From: Chara braunii
Lineage: Eukaryota; Plantae; Charophyceae
DNA length: 63,283 nt
Assembly: GCA_003427395.1 (NCBI GenBank)
Contig: BFEA01000029.1
Location: 1,757,567-1,820,849, forward strand
Reading direction: 5' to 3'
Below the pieces are notes generated by a model. The model saw only the letters and a program-made list of their open reading frames with translations, was not told where the DNA came from and did not search any database. The position numbers and the translations under genes were made by a program. Positions 49,125 through 61,565 of the stretch are shown here, piece by piece. Positions within the stretch are counted from its first letter, which is position 1. The number at the start of each line of letters is the position of its first letter.

Positions 49125-52100
49125 TGCACTTCCGGTTTCACTTAGTCGTTTTTTTGGCGGGGGGGGATTATATCCCGGCGTGCGTTCGGGATTTCGTTAC
49201 CGAAACGCACTTCGGGATTCCGGGATTTTACTTAGTTTTTTTTTTGGCGGAGGGGGATTATATCCCGACGTGCGTTCAAGATTTCGGTACCGTAAACACA
49301 CTTCGGGATTTCGGAATTTTACTTAGTCGTTTCTTTTGGGGGGGGGGATTATATCCCGACGTGCGTTCGGGATTTCGGTACCGAAAACGCACTTCAGGAT
49401 TTCGGGATCTTACTTTTTTTTTTTTTGGCGGGGGGGATTATATCCCGACGTGTGTTCGGGATTTCGGTACCGAAAACGCACTTCAGGATTTCGGGATTTT
49501 ACTTAGTCGTTTTTTTGGGTGGGGATGATTATATCTCAACATGCGTTCGGGATTTCGGTACCGAAAACGCACTTAGAGATTTCGGGATTTTACTTGGTTG
49601 TTTTTTTTGGGGGGGGGTGATTATATCCCGACGTGCGTTCGGGATTTCGGTACGGAAAACAAACTTCGGGATTTCGGGATTTTACTTAGTCGTTTTTTTT
49701 CGCTGGGGTGATTATATCCCGACGTGCGTTCCTGATTTCGGTACCGAAAATGCACTTCGCGCTTTCGGGATTTTACTTAATCGTTTTTTTTGGGGGGGGG
49801 GGTTATTTCCCGACGTGCGTTCGGGATTTCGGTACCGAAAACGTACTTCCGGATTTCGGGATTTTACTTAGTTGTTTTTTTGGCGGGGGGGATTATATCC
49901 CGGCGTGCGTTTGGGATTTCGGTACCGAAACGCACTTCGGGATTTCGGGATTTTACTAAGGCGTTTTTTTTTGGTGGGGGTATTATATCCCGACGTGCGT
50001 TCGGGATTTTGGTACCAAAAACGCACTTCGGGATTTCAGGATGTTATTTAGCTTTTTTTTTGGCGGGGAGGGATTATATCCCGACGTGTGTTCGAGATTT
50101 CGGTGCCGAAAACGCACTTCGGGATTTCGGGATTTATCTTATTTTGTTTTTTGGCGGGGAGGGATTATATCCCGACGTGCGTTCGGGATTTCGGTACCGA
50201 AACGGACTTCAGGATTTCAGGATTTTACTAGGGCATTTTTTTTAGGGGGGGGATTATATCCCGACGTGCGTTCGGGATTTTGGTACCGAAAACGCACTTC
50301 GGGATTTTGGGATTTTACTCAGTTGTTTTTTTGGCGGGGGGGGGTTATATCCTGACGTGCGTTCGGGATCTCGGTACAAAAAACGCAGTTCGGGATTTCG
50401 GGATCTTACTTAGTTTTTTTTTTGGTGGGCCGGGGATTATATCATGACGTGCGTTCGGGATTTCGGTACCGAAAACGCACTTCGGGATTTCGAGATTTTA
50501 CTTAGTTGTTTTTTTTTGGGGGGGACGGATTATATCCCGACGTGCGTTCGGGATTTCGGTACCGAAACGCACTTCGGGATTTCGGGATCTTACTTAGTCG
50601 TTTTTTTGGGAGGGAGAGATTACATCCCGACGTGGGTTCGGGATTTCGGTACCGAAAAGGCACTTCGGGATTTCGGGATTTCACTTAGTTTTTTTTTTGG
50701 CGGCGCGGGATTATATCCCGACGTGCGTTTCGGATTTCGGTACCAAAACGCACTTCGGGATCTTGGGATTTTACTAAGGCATTTTTTTTGGAGGGAGGAT
50801 TATATCCCGATGTGCGTTCCGCATTTTGGTACCGAAAATGCACTTCGGGATTTCGGGATCTTACATAGTTTTTTTTTTGGCGGGGGGGGGATTATATCCC
50901 GACGTGCGTTCGGGATTTCGGTACCGAAAACCCACTTCGGGATTTCGGGATTTTACTTAGTTGTTTTTTTTTTAAGGGGGAGGGTTATATCCCGACGTGC
51001 GTTCGGGATTTCGGTACTGAAAATGCACTTCGGGATTTCGGGATTTTACTTAGTCGTTTTTTTGTGGGGGATGATTATATCCCGACGTGCGTTCGCGATT
51101 TCGGTACCAAAAACACACTTCGGGATTTCGGAATTTTACTTAGTTTTTTTTTGGCGGGGGGGGATTATATCCCGACGTGCGTTCGGGATTTTGGTTCCGA
51201 AAACGCACTTCGGGATTTCGGGATTTTACTTAGTTNTTTTTTTGGCGGGGGGGATTATATCCCGACGTGCGTTCAAGATTTCGGTACCGAAATGCACTTC
51301 GGGATTTCAGGATTTTACTTAGGCTTTTTTTTTCGGGGGGGGATTATATCCCGACGTGAGTTCACGATTTTGGTACCGAAAATGCACTTCGGGATTTCGG
51401 GATTTTACTTAGTCGTTTTTTTGGGGGGGGGTGAGTATATCCCGAGCTGCGTTCGCGATTTCGGTACCAAAAACGCACTTCGGGATTTCAGAATTTTACT
51501 TAGATTTTTTTTTCGCGGGGGGGGATTATATCTCGACATGCGTTCGGGATTTCGGTTCCGAAAATGCTCTTCGGGATTTCTAGATTTTACTTGGTTGTTT
51601 TTTTGGCGGGGGGGATTATATCCCGACGTGCGTTCAAGATTTCGGTACCGAAACGCACTGCGGGATTTCAGGATTTTACTTAGGCGTTTTTTTTGGGGGG
51701 GGGATTATATCCCGACGTGAGTTCACGATTTTGGTACCGAAAACGCACTTCGGGATTTCGGGATTTTACTTAGCCGTTTTTTTGGGAGGGGGTGATTATA
51801 TCGTGACGTGTGTTCGAGATTTCGGTACCTAAAACGCACTTCGAGATTTTGGGATTTCACTTTTTTTTTTTTTTTTGTCGGGGGGGGATTATATCCCGAC
51901 GTGCGTTCGGGATTTCGGTACTGAAAACGCACTTCGNGATTTCGGGATTTTACTTAGTTGTTTTTTTTTGGAGGGTGGGGCTGATATCTCGACGTGCGTT
52001 CGGGATTTCGGTACCGAAAACGCACTTCGGGATTTCGGGATTTTACTTGGTCGTTTTTTTTTGGGGGGGCTGATTATATCCCGACGTGCGTTCGGGATTT

Positions 52101-55100
52101 CAGTACCGAAAACGCACTTCGGGATTTCGGGATTTTACTTTGTTTTTTTTTTTGGCGGGGTGGGATAATATACCGACTTGCGTTCGGGATTTCGGTATTT
52201 TTCTTAGTTGTTTTTTTGGTGGTGGGGGATTATATCCCGACGTGCGTTCGGTTTTTGGTACCAAAACGCACTTCGGGATATCGGGATTTTACTTAGGCGT
52301 TTTTTTGGGGGGGGGCCTTATATCCCGACGTGCATTCGGGATTTCGGTACCGAAAAAACAGTTCGGGATTTCGGGATTTTACTTAGTCGTTTTTTTTGGA
52401 GGGGAAGGATTATATCCCAACGCGCGTTCGGGATTTCGGTACCGAAAACGCACTTCGGGATTTCGGGATTTTAATTAGTCGTTTTTTTGGGAGGGGGTGA
52501 TTATATCTCGACGTGCGTTCGGGATTTCGGTACCGAAAATGCAATTCGGGATTTAGGGATTTCACTTAGTTTTTTTTTTGGCAGGGGGGGATTATATCCT
52601 CACGTGCGTTCCGGATTTCGTTGCCGAAAACGCACTTCGGGATTTCGGGATTTTACTTAGTTTTTTTTTTGGCGGGTAGGGATTATATCCCGACGTGCGT
52701 TCGGGATTTCGGTACCGCAAACACACTTCGGGATTTCGGGATTTCACTTAGTCGTTTTTTTTTTGGGGGGGGGTGATTATATCCCGACGTGTGTTCGGGA
52801 TTTCGGTACCGAAAACGCACTTAGGAATTTTAGGATTTTTTTTTTTTTTTTTTCGGGGGGGGGACTATATCCTGACCTGCATTCGAGATCTCGGTACTGA
52901 AAACGCACTTCGGGATTTCGAGATTTTACCTACTCGTTTTTTTGGCGGGGTCGGATTATATCCCGACGTACGTTCGGGATTTCGGTATCGAAAACGCACT
53001 TCAGCATTTCGGGATTTTACTCAGGTATTTTTTTGGCGGGGGGGGATTATATCCCGATGTGCGTTTGGGATTTCGGTGCCAAAAATGCACTTCAGGATCT
53101 CGGGATTTTACTTTTTTTTTTTTTTTTGGCGGGGGAAGATTATATCGCGACCTTGTGTTTAGGATTTCGGCACCGAAAACGCACTTCGGGATTTCGGGAT
53201 TTTACTTGGTCGTTTTTTTGGCGGGGGTGGATTATATCCCGACGTGCGTTCGGGATTTCAGTACTGAAAACGCACTTCGGGATTTCAGGATCTTACTTAG
53301 GTTTTTTTTTGGCAGGAGGGGATTATATCCCGATGTGCATTCGGGATTTCAGTGCCGAAAACGCACTTCGGGATTTCGGTGTCGAAAACGCACTTCGGGA
53401 TTTCGGGATCTTACTTCGTTGTTTTTTTGGCAGGGGGGGACTATATCCCGACGTGCGTTCGGGATTTAGGTACCGAAATGCACTTCGGAATTTTACTGAG
53501 GCGTTTTTTTGGGGGGGGGGATTACATCCTGATGTGCGTTCGGGATTTTGGTACCGAAAACGCACTTTGGGATTTCGGGATTTTGCTTAGTTGTTTTTTT
53601 GGCGTGGGGGGATTATATCCTGACGTGCGTTTAGGATTTCGGTACGGAAACCGCACTTTGGGATTTCGAGATTTTACTTAGTTTTTTTTAGTGGTGGGGA
53701 GGGCAATTATATCCCGGTCTGCGTTCGGGATTTCGGTACCAAAAACGCACTTCGAAATTTCGGGATTTTTCTTAGCTGTTTTTTTTTTTGGGGGGGGTGC
53801 TTATATCCCGACGTGCGTTCGGGATTTCAGTACTGAAAACGCACTTCGAGATTTCGAGATTTTACCTAGTAATTTTTTTTTGCGGGGAGTACTTATATCC
53901 CGACGTGCGTTCGGGATTTCGGTACCAAAAACGCACTTCGGGATTTCGGGATTTTACTTAGTTATTTTTTTGGCGGAGAGGGATTATATCCCGACGTGCG
54001 TTCGGGATTTCGGTGCCGAAAACGCATTTTGGGATTTCGGGATTTTTCTTAGTTGTTTTTTTGGCGGGGAGGAATTATATCCCAACGTGCATTCGGGATT
54101 TCGGTACCGAAACGCACTTCGGGATTTCGGAATTTTACTTGGGCATTTTTTTGGGGGGAGGGCTTATATCCCGACGTGCATTGGGGATCTCGGTACCGAA
54201 AACGCACTTCGGGATTTCGGAATTTTACTTGGTTGTTTTTTTTGGGTGGGGGGCTTATATCCCAACGTGCGTTCGGGATTTTGGTAATGAAAACGCACTT
54301 CGGGATTTCGGGATTTTACTTAGTCGTTTTTTTGGGGGGGGGGTGATTCTATCGCGACGTGCGTTCGGGATTTCGGTACCGAAAACGCACTTCGGGATTT
54401 CAGGATTTTAATTAGTCATTTTTTTTGGGGGGGGTGATTATATCCCGACGTGCGTTCGGGATTTCGGTACTGAAAACGTACTTCGGGATTTTGGGATTTT
54501 ACTCAATTTTTTTTTTGGTGGGGGGGGGATTATATCCTGACGTGCGTTCGGGATTTCGGTACCAAAAACGCATTTCGGGATTTCGGGATTTTACTTAGTT
54601 GTTTTTTTTTGGGGGGGAGGGCTTATATCCCGACGTGCGTTCGGGATTTCGGTACCGAAAACGTACTTCGGCATTTCGGGATTGTACTTAGTCATTTTTT
54701 TTTGGGGGAGGTGATTATATCCCGACGTGCGTTCGGGATTTCGGTACCGAAAACGCACTTCGGGATTTCGGGATTTTACTTAGTTTTTTTTTTGGCAGGG
54801 GGGATTATATCCCGACGTGCGTTCGGGATTTCGGTGTCGAAAACGCACGTCGGGATATCGGGATTTTTCTTACTTGTTTTTTTGGTAGGGGGGGATTATA
54901 TCCCGGCGTGCGTTCGGGATTTCGGTACCGGAACGCACTTCGGGATTTCGAGATTTTACTTAGGCGTTTTTTTGGGGGGGGGGCTTATATCCCGACGTGC
55001 GTTCGGGATTTCGGTATCAAAAACTCACTTCGGGATTTCGGAATCTTACTTAGTCGTTTTTTTGGGGGGGGGGTGATTATACCCCGACGTGCGTTCGGGA

Positions 55101-56113
55101 TTTCGGGATTTTTCTTAGTTATTTTTTTGGCGGGGGGGGATTATATCCCGATGTGCGTTCGGGATTTCGGTGCCGAAAGCGCACTTCGGGATTTCGGGAT
55201 TTTTCGTAGCTGTTTTTTTGGCGGGGGGGGATTATATCCCGACGTGCGTTCGGGATTTCGGTACCGAAACGCACTTCGGGATTTCGGGAGCTTACTTAGG
55301 CGTTTTTTTGTGGGGGGGGATTATTTCACGACGTGCGTTCGGGATTTTGGTACCGAAAATGCACTTCGGGACTTCGGGATTTTACTTGGTCGTTTTTTTG
55401 GGGGGGGGGGATTATATCCCGACGTGCGTTCGGGATTTCGGTACCGGAAATGCACTTCGGGATTTCGGGATTTTACTCAGTTTTTTTTTTTGGCGGGGTG
55501 GGGATTATATCGCGACGTACGTTCGGGATTTCGGTGCTGAAAACGCACTTCGGGATTTCGGGATCTTACTTTTTTTTTTTTTTGGTAGAGGGGGATTGTA
55601 TCCTGACGTGCGTTCGGGATTTCGGTACTGAAAACGCACTTCGGGATTTCGGGATTTTACTTGGTCGTTTTTTTGGCGGGGGGGGATTATATCCCGACGT
55701 GCGTTTGGGATTTCGGTACCGAAAACGCACTTCGGGATTTCGGGATTTTACTTAGTCATTTTTTTTGAGGGGGGGTGATTTTATCCCGACGTGCGTTCGG
55801 GATTTCAGTACCGAAAACGCACTTCAGGATTTCGTGATTTTACTTTTTTTTTTTTTTTTTTTGGCGGAGGGTGATTCTATCTCCACGTGCGTTCGGGATT
55901 TTGGACTTAGTCGTTTTTTTGGGGTGGGGGGGTGATTATATCCCGACGCGCGTTCGAGATTTTGGTACCGAAAACGCACTTCGGGATTTCGGGATTTTGG
56001 TTAGTCATTTTTTTTTGGGAGGGGGGGTATATCCTGATGCGCATTCGGTATTTCGGTGCCGAAAACGCACTTCGGGATTTTGTTTTTTTTGGGGGGGGGG
56101 TGATTATATCCTG

Positions 56114-56116
<3 letters not shown>
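49125..56116 (+). repeat. Satellite array 2, ~90-bp variant monomer, about 75 copies
   Basis: Unit TTTTACTTAGT.GTnGnATTATATCCCGACGTGCGTTCGGGATTTCGGTACCGAAAACGCACTTCGGGATTTCGGGA. Confidence 0.95.
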
Positions 56117-56193
<77 letters not shown>

Positions 56194-56197
56194 NNNN

Positions 56198-56264
<67 letters not shown>

Positions 56265-56496
56265 CAAAGTTTCAAGCTTTTTCGAACACATCCAAAAATC
56301 TGGTTGTGGAGAGGCTGCACCCTCTGGCATTGATTTGTGATTGGAATTCGTAGTTGTAATTTGCTTTTTCTTCCCCTGTTTCTTGTTTTTGCCTAGTTTT
56401 TTATTTTTGGCTTTAAGTATTGGAAGGTAAATACTCGAATGGGCTCGTGCTCTCTCTCTCTCTATGTATCTATCTATCTATCTATCTATCTATTTA

Positions 56497-56538
<42 letters not shown>

Positions 56539-56655
56539 TGACGCACACCTGCGGCCCCTTCCTTCGAAGACCATTTTAAAGATAAACCTTCAAATGTTGG
56601 TCCAATTCCGAGCTATCCTCGAATATTTAAAAAATAATAAAAATAAAAAACCTTT

Positions 56656-57735
56656 TTATTTTATTTTTTCAAGATTTGTAGTCATATTTTTCACTACGAT
56701 TTTTTTTTTTTTTCCTCCTCCCCCTGTTTCCTGTCTTTCGCTGCTTTTTTTTTTTTGGTTTTCCTCCTCGTCGCTGCTGATATCAATGCCACTCACCTCA
56801 AAGTCCCATAAAGTCGGGTACTCTTGTTGCGGTCGTGTCTGCGCATCGCCCTTGTCATCAGAACGAACCACCACATCATCTCCCTGCCGAGACGGTTGTT
56901 CACCCCCTTCGTTGAAGTCACCTGAAGGACGTACGGGTGCCAATCTCCACTCTCTGAATCCGCCATGGACAGTCTGGGCATCCACAGCAGGATTCTTCAA
57001 CACGGTCGTCACATCCGGGAGAGATACTGCGTCACCTACGTCCTGCATTGTTATGTCTCTTGTGTGTGTCCTTGCGCTATTGTGTTCTCGGACAACGATT
57101 TCCCATCCTTGCTTTCTCTTCCTCCTCCTATCGACGTCCGTCAATGTCGCGGTGAGCTCCTCTACAGCCTCGAATATGTTCCCTCGGGGCACAGGATCTC
57201 CCGATACAAGGTCGAGTGTGCAATCCTTTACACACTCGACATCGACAACCTCCGCTGCTGCTATTGCGTCCTCCGTCACCTCATGCAATGTCTCGTGAAT
57301 GAGGTTTTTGTCCTCACCTCCACTCTTCATGAAGTCCACAATTTGGTCAAGTACCACAAACTCGACACCGTCCACCACCATTGTCGCCAGTTCATGGTAG
57401 TCGACAGGATCACTTTGTGCCTCCTCGTTCATCCTGCTCAGCGCCAATATCTCCGCAGTGTTCGGCTTCAATTCTTCACCACCCCCTGTCTTCAACATTT
57501 TATTTTCCCTCGCCTGGGATCTCACAAACTTCTTGAACGTTGCCGTGTTGTACGAACCTCCTCCCTCTCTTTTCGTCATGTCGATGTCTTGGTCATTTCT
57601 CATCCAGTCCACAACTCCGTGAAGAGTGTTCGCAGAGCACTCCGTCATGATGTGGTCGTCATGCACGTCGGCATTTTGAGATAAGCGCAGCAGCAACTGC
57701 TGTGCTCTCGTTGACCTGTCTCCGTTTGCCGTCAC
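56656..57735 (-). CDS. Hypothetical acidic protein, probable transposon cargo
   Basis: 359-aa open frame with protein-like composition, co-oriented with its neighbours. No family recognised. Confidence 0.55.
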   Translation of the reverse strand: MTANGDRSTRAQQLLLRLSQNADVHDDHIMTECSANTLHGVVDWMRNDQDIDMTKREGGGSYNTATFKKFVRSQARENKMLKTGGGEELKPNTAEILALSRMNEEAQSDPVDYHELATMVVDGVEFVVLDQIVDFMKSGGEDKNLIHETLHEVTEDAIAAAEVVDVECVKDCTLDLVSGDPVPRGNIFEAVEELTATLTDVDRRRKRKQGWEIVVREHNSARTHTRDITMQDVGDAVSLPDVTTVLKNPAVDAQTVHGGFREWRLAPVRPSGDFNEGGEQPSRQGDDVVVRSDDKGDAQTRPQQEYPTLWDFEVSGIDISSDEEENQKKKSSERQETGGGGKKKKIVVKNMTTNLEKIK

Positions 57736-58206
57736 TGACTACTGAACGTCAACCCTCGTGTCAAAGTACGCCGGCGCTCTTTGCCGTCGTTGTAGTAGTG
57801 GATTCCCTTTGTTGCGTATCTCATTACCTCTCTCTCCGCTCTCTCCACTTGATCCACCGTCATCGGTGTCATTTTTCTGTGTTTTAATATGTCCGGCTGT
57901 CAGTGGCACCAGAACAGTCGCGGTAAGTCGAAAGACGGTGGTGGTGGTGGTGGTGGTGGTGGTGGTCCTTGGTGGGGGGTGGGGGTGGGGGAAGGCACGG
58001 AATGGCAAAGCCGATCGTTTCGGCCTCTCAAGAACACCTTAAAGGGACTCTCTCTCTCACACACAATATCAACAAGATTCTGCAAAAAAAAAAAAAAAAA
58101 TACCCTCACTTCCAGAAGGTTGGGAAGTGGGTGCCACTTACGCCGGTTCACAGCAACGTCTTCACATTCGCCCCCAACCTCCCAACCTCAAAATCGCAGA
58201 CACACA

Positions 58207-58259
<53 letters not shown>

Positions 58260-58827
58260 NNNNNNNNNNNNNNNNNNNNNNNNNNNNNNNNNNNNNNNNN
58301 NNNNNNNNNNNNNNNNNNNNNNNNNNNNNNNNNNNNNNNNNNNNNNNNNNNNNNNNNNNNNNNNNNNNNNNNNNNNNNNNNNNNNNNNNNNNNNNNNNNN
58401 NNNNNNNNNNNNNNNNNNNNNNNNNNNNNNNNNNNNNNNNNNNNNNNNNNNNNNNNNNNNNNNNNNNNNNNNNNNNNNNNNNNNNNNNNNNNNNNNNNNN
58501 NNNNNNNNNNNNNNNNNNNNNNNNNNNNNNNNNNNNNNNNNNNNNNNNNNNNNNNNNNNNNNNNNNNNNNNNNNNNNNNNNNNNNNNNNNNNNNNNNNNN
58601 NNNNNNNNNNNNNNNNNNNNNNNNNNNNNNNNNNNNNNNNNNNNNNNNNNNNNNNNNNNNNNNNNNNNNNNNNNNNNNNNNNNNNNNNNNNNNNNNNNNN
58701 NNNNNNNNNNNNNNNNNNNNNNNNNNNNNNNNNNNNNNNNNNNNNNNNNNNNNNNNNNNNGCCACTTACGCCGGTTAACGGCAACAACGTCTTCACATTC
58801 GTCCCCCACCTCCCAACCTCAACGTCG

Positions 58828-59245
58828 CAGACAGACACAGACTCGACCAGACAGACACAGACTCACCCAGACTCACACTGACTCATCCAGACTCACACAC
58901 AGTCACCCAGAATCACCCAGACTGACACAGACTCATCCAGACTTACACAGACTCACACAGACTCACACAGACTCATCCAGGCTCACACAGACTCACACAG
59001 TCTGACCCAGATTCGCACACACTCACACAGAGTGACGCAGACTCAAACACATTGAAGCACTATCAAACAGAGTCGAACAGACTGACGCCCAATTCATCAG
59101 AGAATAAAAAAGAGTGACACGGACTGAATGAAGCTCAAACGGACTCACCCAGACTGACACAAATTCAAAGACACTCACACAGACACACCAACACTCACAC
59201 AGAGTCACACACACTTGCTCACACCCACACACAGTCAAACACACT
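58828..59245. repeat. Degenerate 10-bp minisatellite (ACTCACACAG)n
   Basis: Direct reading of the sequence. Confidence 0.8.
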
Positions 59246-59881
59246 CATCATAGAGTGAGCAGGGCCAAGGCATGGCACTTTAGATGACGTATCCCTAAAG
59301 TATGGCCAACCTTTCAACACGGTTGGGTAGTGGGCATCGTTTACCGAACAATGGCGAGACCGTCCTTGTTGAAATGGACTGCATTTGGCAACCACACGAT
59401 TGGGTAGTGGGGGCCATTTAGCAAACGACTCAATAGTACCATGTTTCTCTTGCGTCTACAAGTCTGTGCACATGTGATCATGACTTATGATGCATCAAGA
59501 TATTTTTCAGTCACTGTATATGGAAGTGTTAACTTGCATGAAAACTCACCGATTCTTCTGTCGAGAAACAAGTGTGACAATCCATACGTCACGGTTGTCC
59601 ACACGACCATTGAGACACGCACAACGGGACAAACATAAGGAAGGAAAACAGAATGTCATTACCACACAACATCCTCACACACCGACCCACCCTCTTAATA
59701 TGAATTGCAGCAATAAAAGGAAAAACGACAGAGACACACAAAAGAAGCAGCAGACAAGGGTCTACAAATTTCCGTCTTAGTTCGTGGTCAACCAAAGACA
59801 TGATTAGAGAAAATGAATGTACAGATGTCATTGTCAATAACGGCATTACAAAAATCGAGGACATATGACCCGAACACATGA

Positions 59882-59933
<52 letters not shown>

Positions 59934-60064
59934 ACACACACATTTGTGCAAACACACAGACCCGTTCTCCTCCAACCAGACTCATTTCTTTTTTTCTGAG
60001 GCGCCCTGCTTTTCACCGGCCTTCCTTTTCTCTTTGACGCCCCCCTTGCCTCCCCTCTCCCCTG

Positions 60065-61471
60065 CTATTCAGGAGACCCGGGCGCTGCTCGTTGTCTGTT
60101 CGTCTCATTAGCGTTCGCCCTCCTCCTCTCCTGTCGTTGTCTGTTCAACTCTTTCTCGTCGAGGATGCCTTTGGTGAAAACTTGCCAACGCGGTTTTTGC
60201 AATGCGTCAACGAGCCTCATGCCCCGGGGCAAGATCGTGACCCACTTCAAATGGATTGCAACCTCGTTCGTGCTCTCCATAAAATGCACAACATAGGTTT
60301 CAGCTGCCTCCAGAAGTGCTCGAATGGCAAGCATCCCGAACCGCACAGGCTCTGTTGCGACCTCTTTTTTCTTCACAATGTCGCGCACAAGCCTCACAAA
60401 CGGTCTGTAAGGGATGCAAAGTTCTGTGTTGCGTTGCAGTCGGCGCATCTTTGCCATAGCAGCCTCTCTTGGCCGGCGATTGCGCCTCGGCGGCCCTTGA
60501 CTCCCTCCAATTTTCTGGCCTGTGTCACCATCCATTGCTGCCCCCCCCTGGCCCCCCCCACTTCCTCTTCCCCTCCCACCATCCAGTGGTGCCCCGCCCC
60601 CCCGTCCCTTACCTCGACCGCCTCTCCCTCGTACCGTCGTTGNCCCCTCGTTGNCGCGTTTGGTTGTTGCCTTCTGCTTCGTTCCTTGGGTCGTCCGCTT
60701 GCTGCCATCGGTGCACACTGTACCAGTCACTGGCGCACTCCTCCCCACAACAGTACGTCCTGCACCCGAGTCTGCAGTCGGACCGTCAACGTCGCATCCC
60801 CCGGGGCCGTCGTGTGGGGGTCCGTTCACCTCGCCTGCCGGTTGTCTCGGCTCTTCGGACTGAGGTTCTCCAATCCCCGCATTCTCATTGTTCCCTTTCA
60901 TGTCCTCCCCTGCCATGTACTCTATGTGTCGTAGCAAACCATCAGAGTACGTCACTAGAAACGGAACACCCAGAGGGTCTCTGAACTCCATGGACAGGTC
61001 TGCCCCGCAGGCATAATGCATGGGACAGACAACGGGTACCCATGCAAGAAGTGTTGACCGCCCGTGTCTGCGGTGAATGAGGCTAAGACAGTTATCAGGA
61101 TAATCTGCAAAGATGTATGCACCCGCGCCATCAGCCTGCAGTCCCCACATCTTCTCGTCCTCACGACTGTCATATCCACACAGCACCATCTGACGGTCCT
61201 CAACCTTCAGATTATCCGAACAGATCTTAGCATGTTCGCGCAATAACGCTTTGTCATTCACCCTTGCATTGCATATCGAAATATGAGCCAGGACAACCAT
61301 GAATTGCCAATGCTCAACAACACCTGAAGGGATCCAACCCATAGGTACCCACTCGCCTCCTCGAAGTCTGGCAGCCATCGTAACTTTGTTTTCAAAAATG
61401 GCAGGATGAAGGACACCAGGTACCCAATTCACATGATACCCGTACATCTCCGCAGATGAATGTGTGCTCAA
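60065..61471 (-). CDS. Unknown domain + Gly/Arg-rich linker + divergent histone H3 fold (fold at about 60198-60488)
   Basis: RRPREAAMAKMRRLQRNTELCIPYRPFVRLVRDI...VRFGMLAIRALLEAAETYVVHFMESTNEVAIHLKWVTILPRGMRLV is collinear with H3 [33 protein letters not shown]...[45 protein letters not shown]. Confidence 0.88.
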   Translation of the reverse strand: MSTHSSAEMYGYHVNWVPGVLHPAIFENKVTMAARLRGGEWVPMGWIPSGVVEHWQFMVVLAHISICNARVNDKALLREHAKICSDNLKVEDRQMVLCGYDSREDEKMWGLQADGAGAYIFADYPDNCLSLIHRRHGRSTLLAWVPVVCPMHYACGADLSMEFRDPLGVPFLVTYSDGLLRHIEYMAGEDMKGNNENAGIGEPQSEEPRQPAGEVNGPPHDGPGGCDVDGPTADSGAGRTVVGRSAPVTGTVCTDGSKRTTQGTKQKATTKRXNEGXTTVRGRGGRGKGRGGGAPLDGGRGRGSGGGQGGAAMDGDTGQKIGGSQGPPRRNRRPREAAMAKMRRLQRNTELCIPYRPFVRLVRDIVKKKEVATEPVRFGMLAIRALLEAAETYVVHFMESTNEVAIHLKWVTILPRGMRLVDALQKPRWQVFTKGILDEKELNRQRQERRRANANETNRQRAAPGSPE

Positions 61472-61565
61472 CTCCGTTTGTGGAAAACCAGTGCCAGATA
61501 TGTCAATATCTGGCAGCCTTTCCGTCGTTGTCCTCTCGGGGTCCCATATACTAACGAAGAGACCA

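Noticed and set aside
44687-56155. Many overlapping ORFs such as YIPTCVRDFGTENALRDFGILL repeats
   Set aside because: These are translations of satellite DNA; frames shift with homopolymer length.
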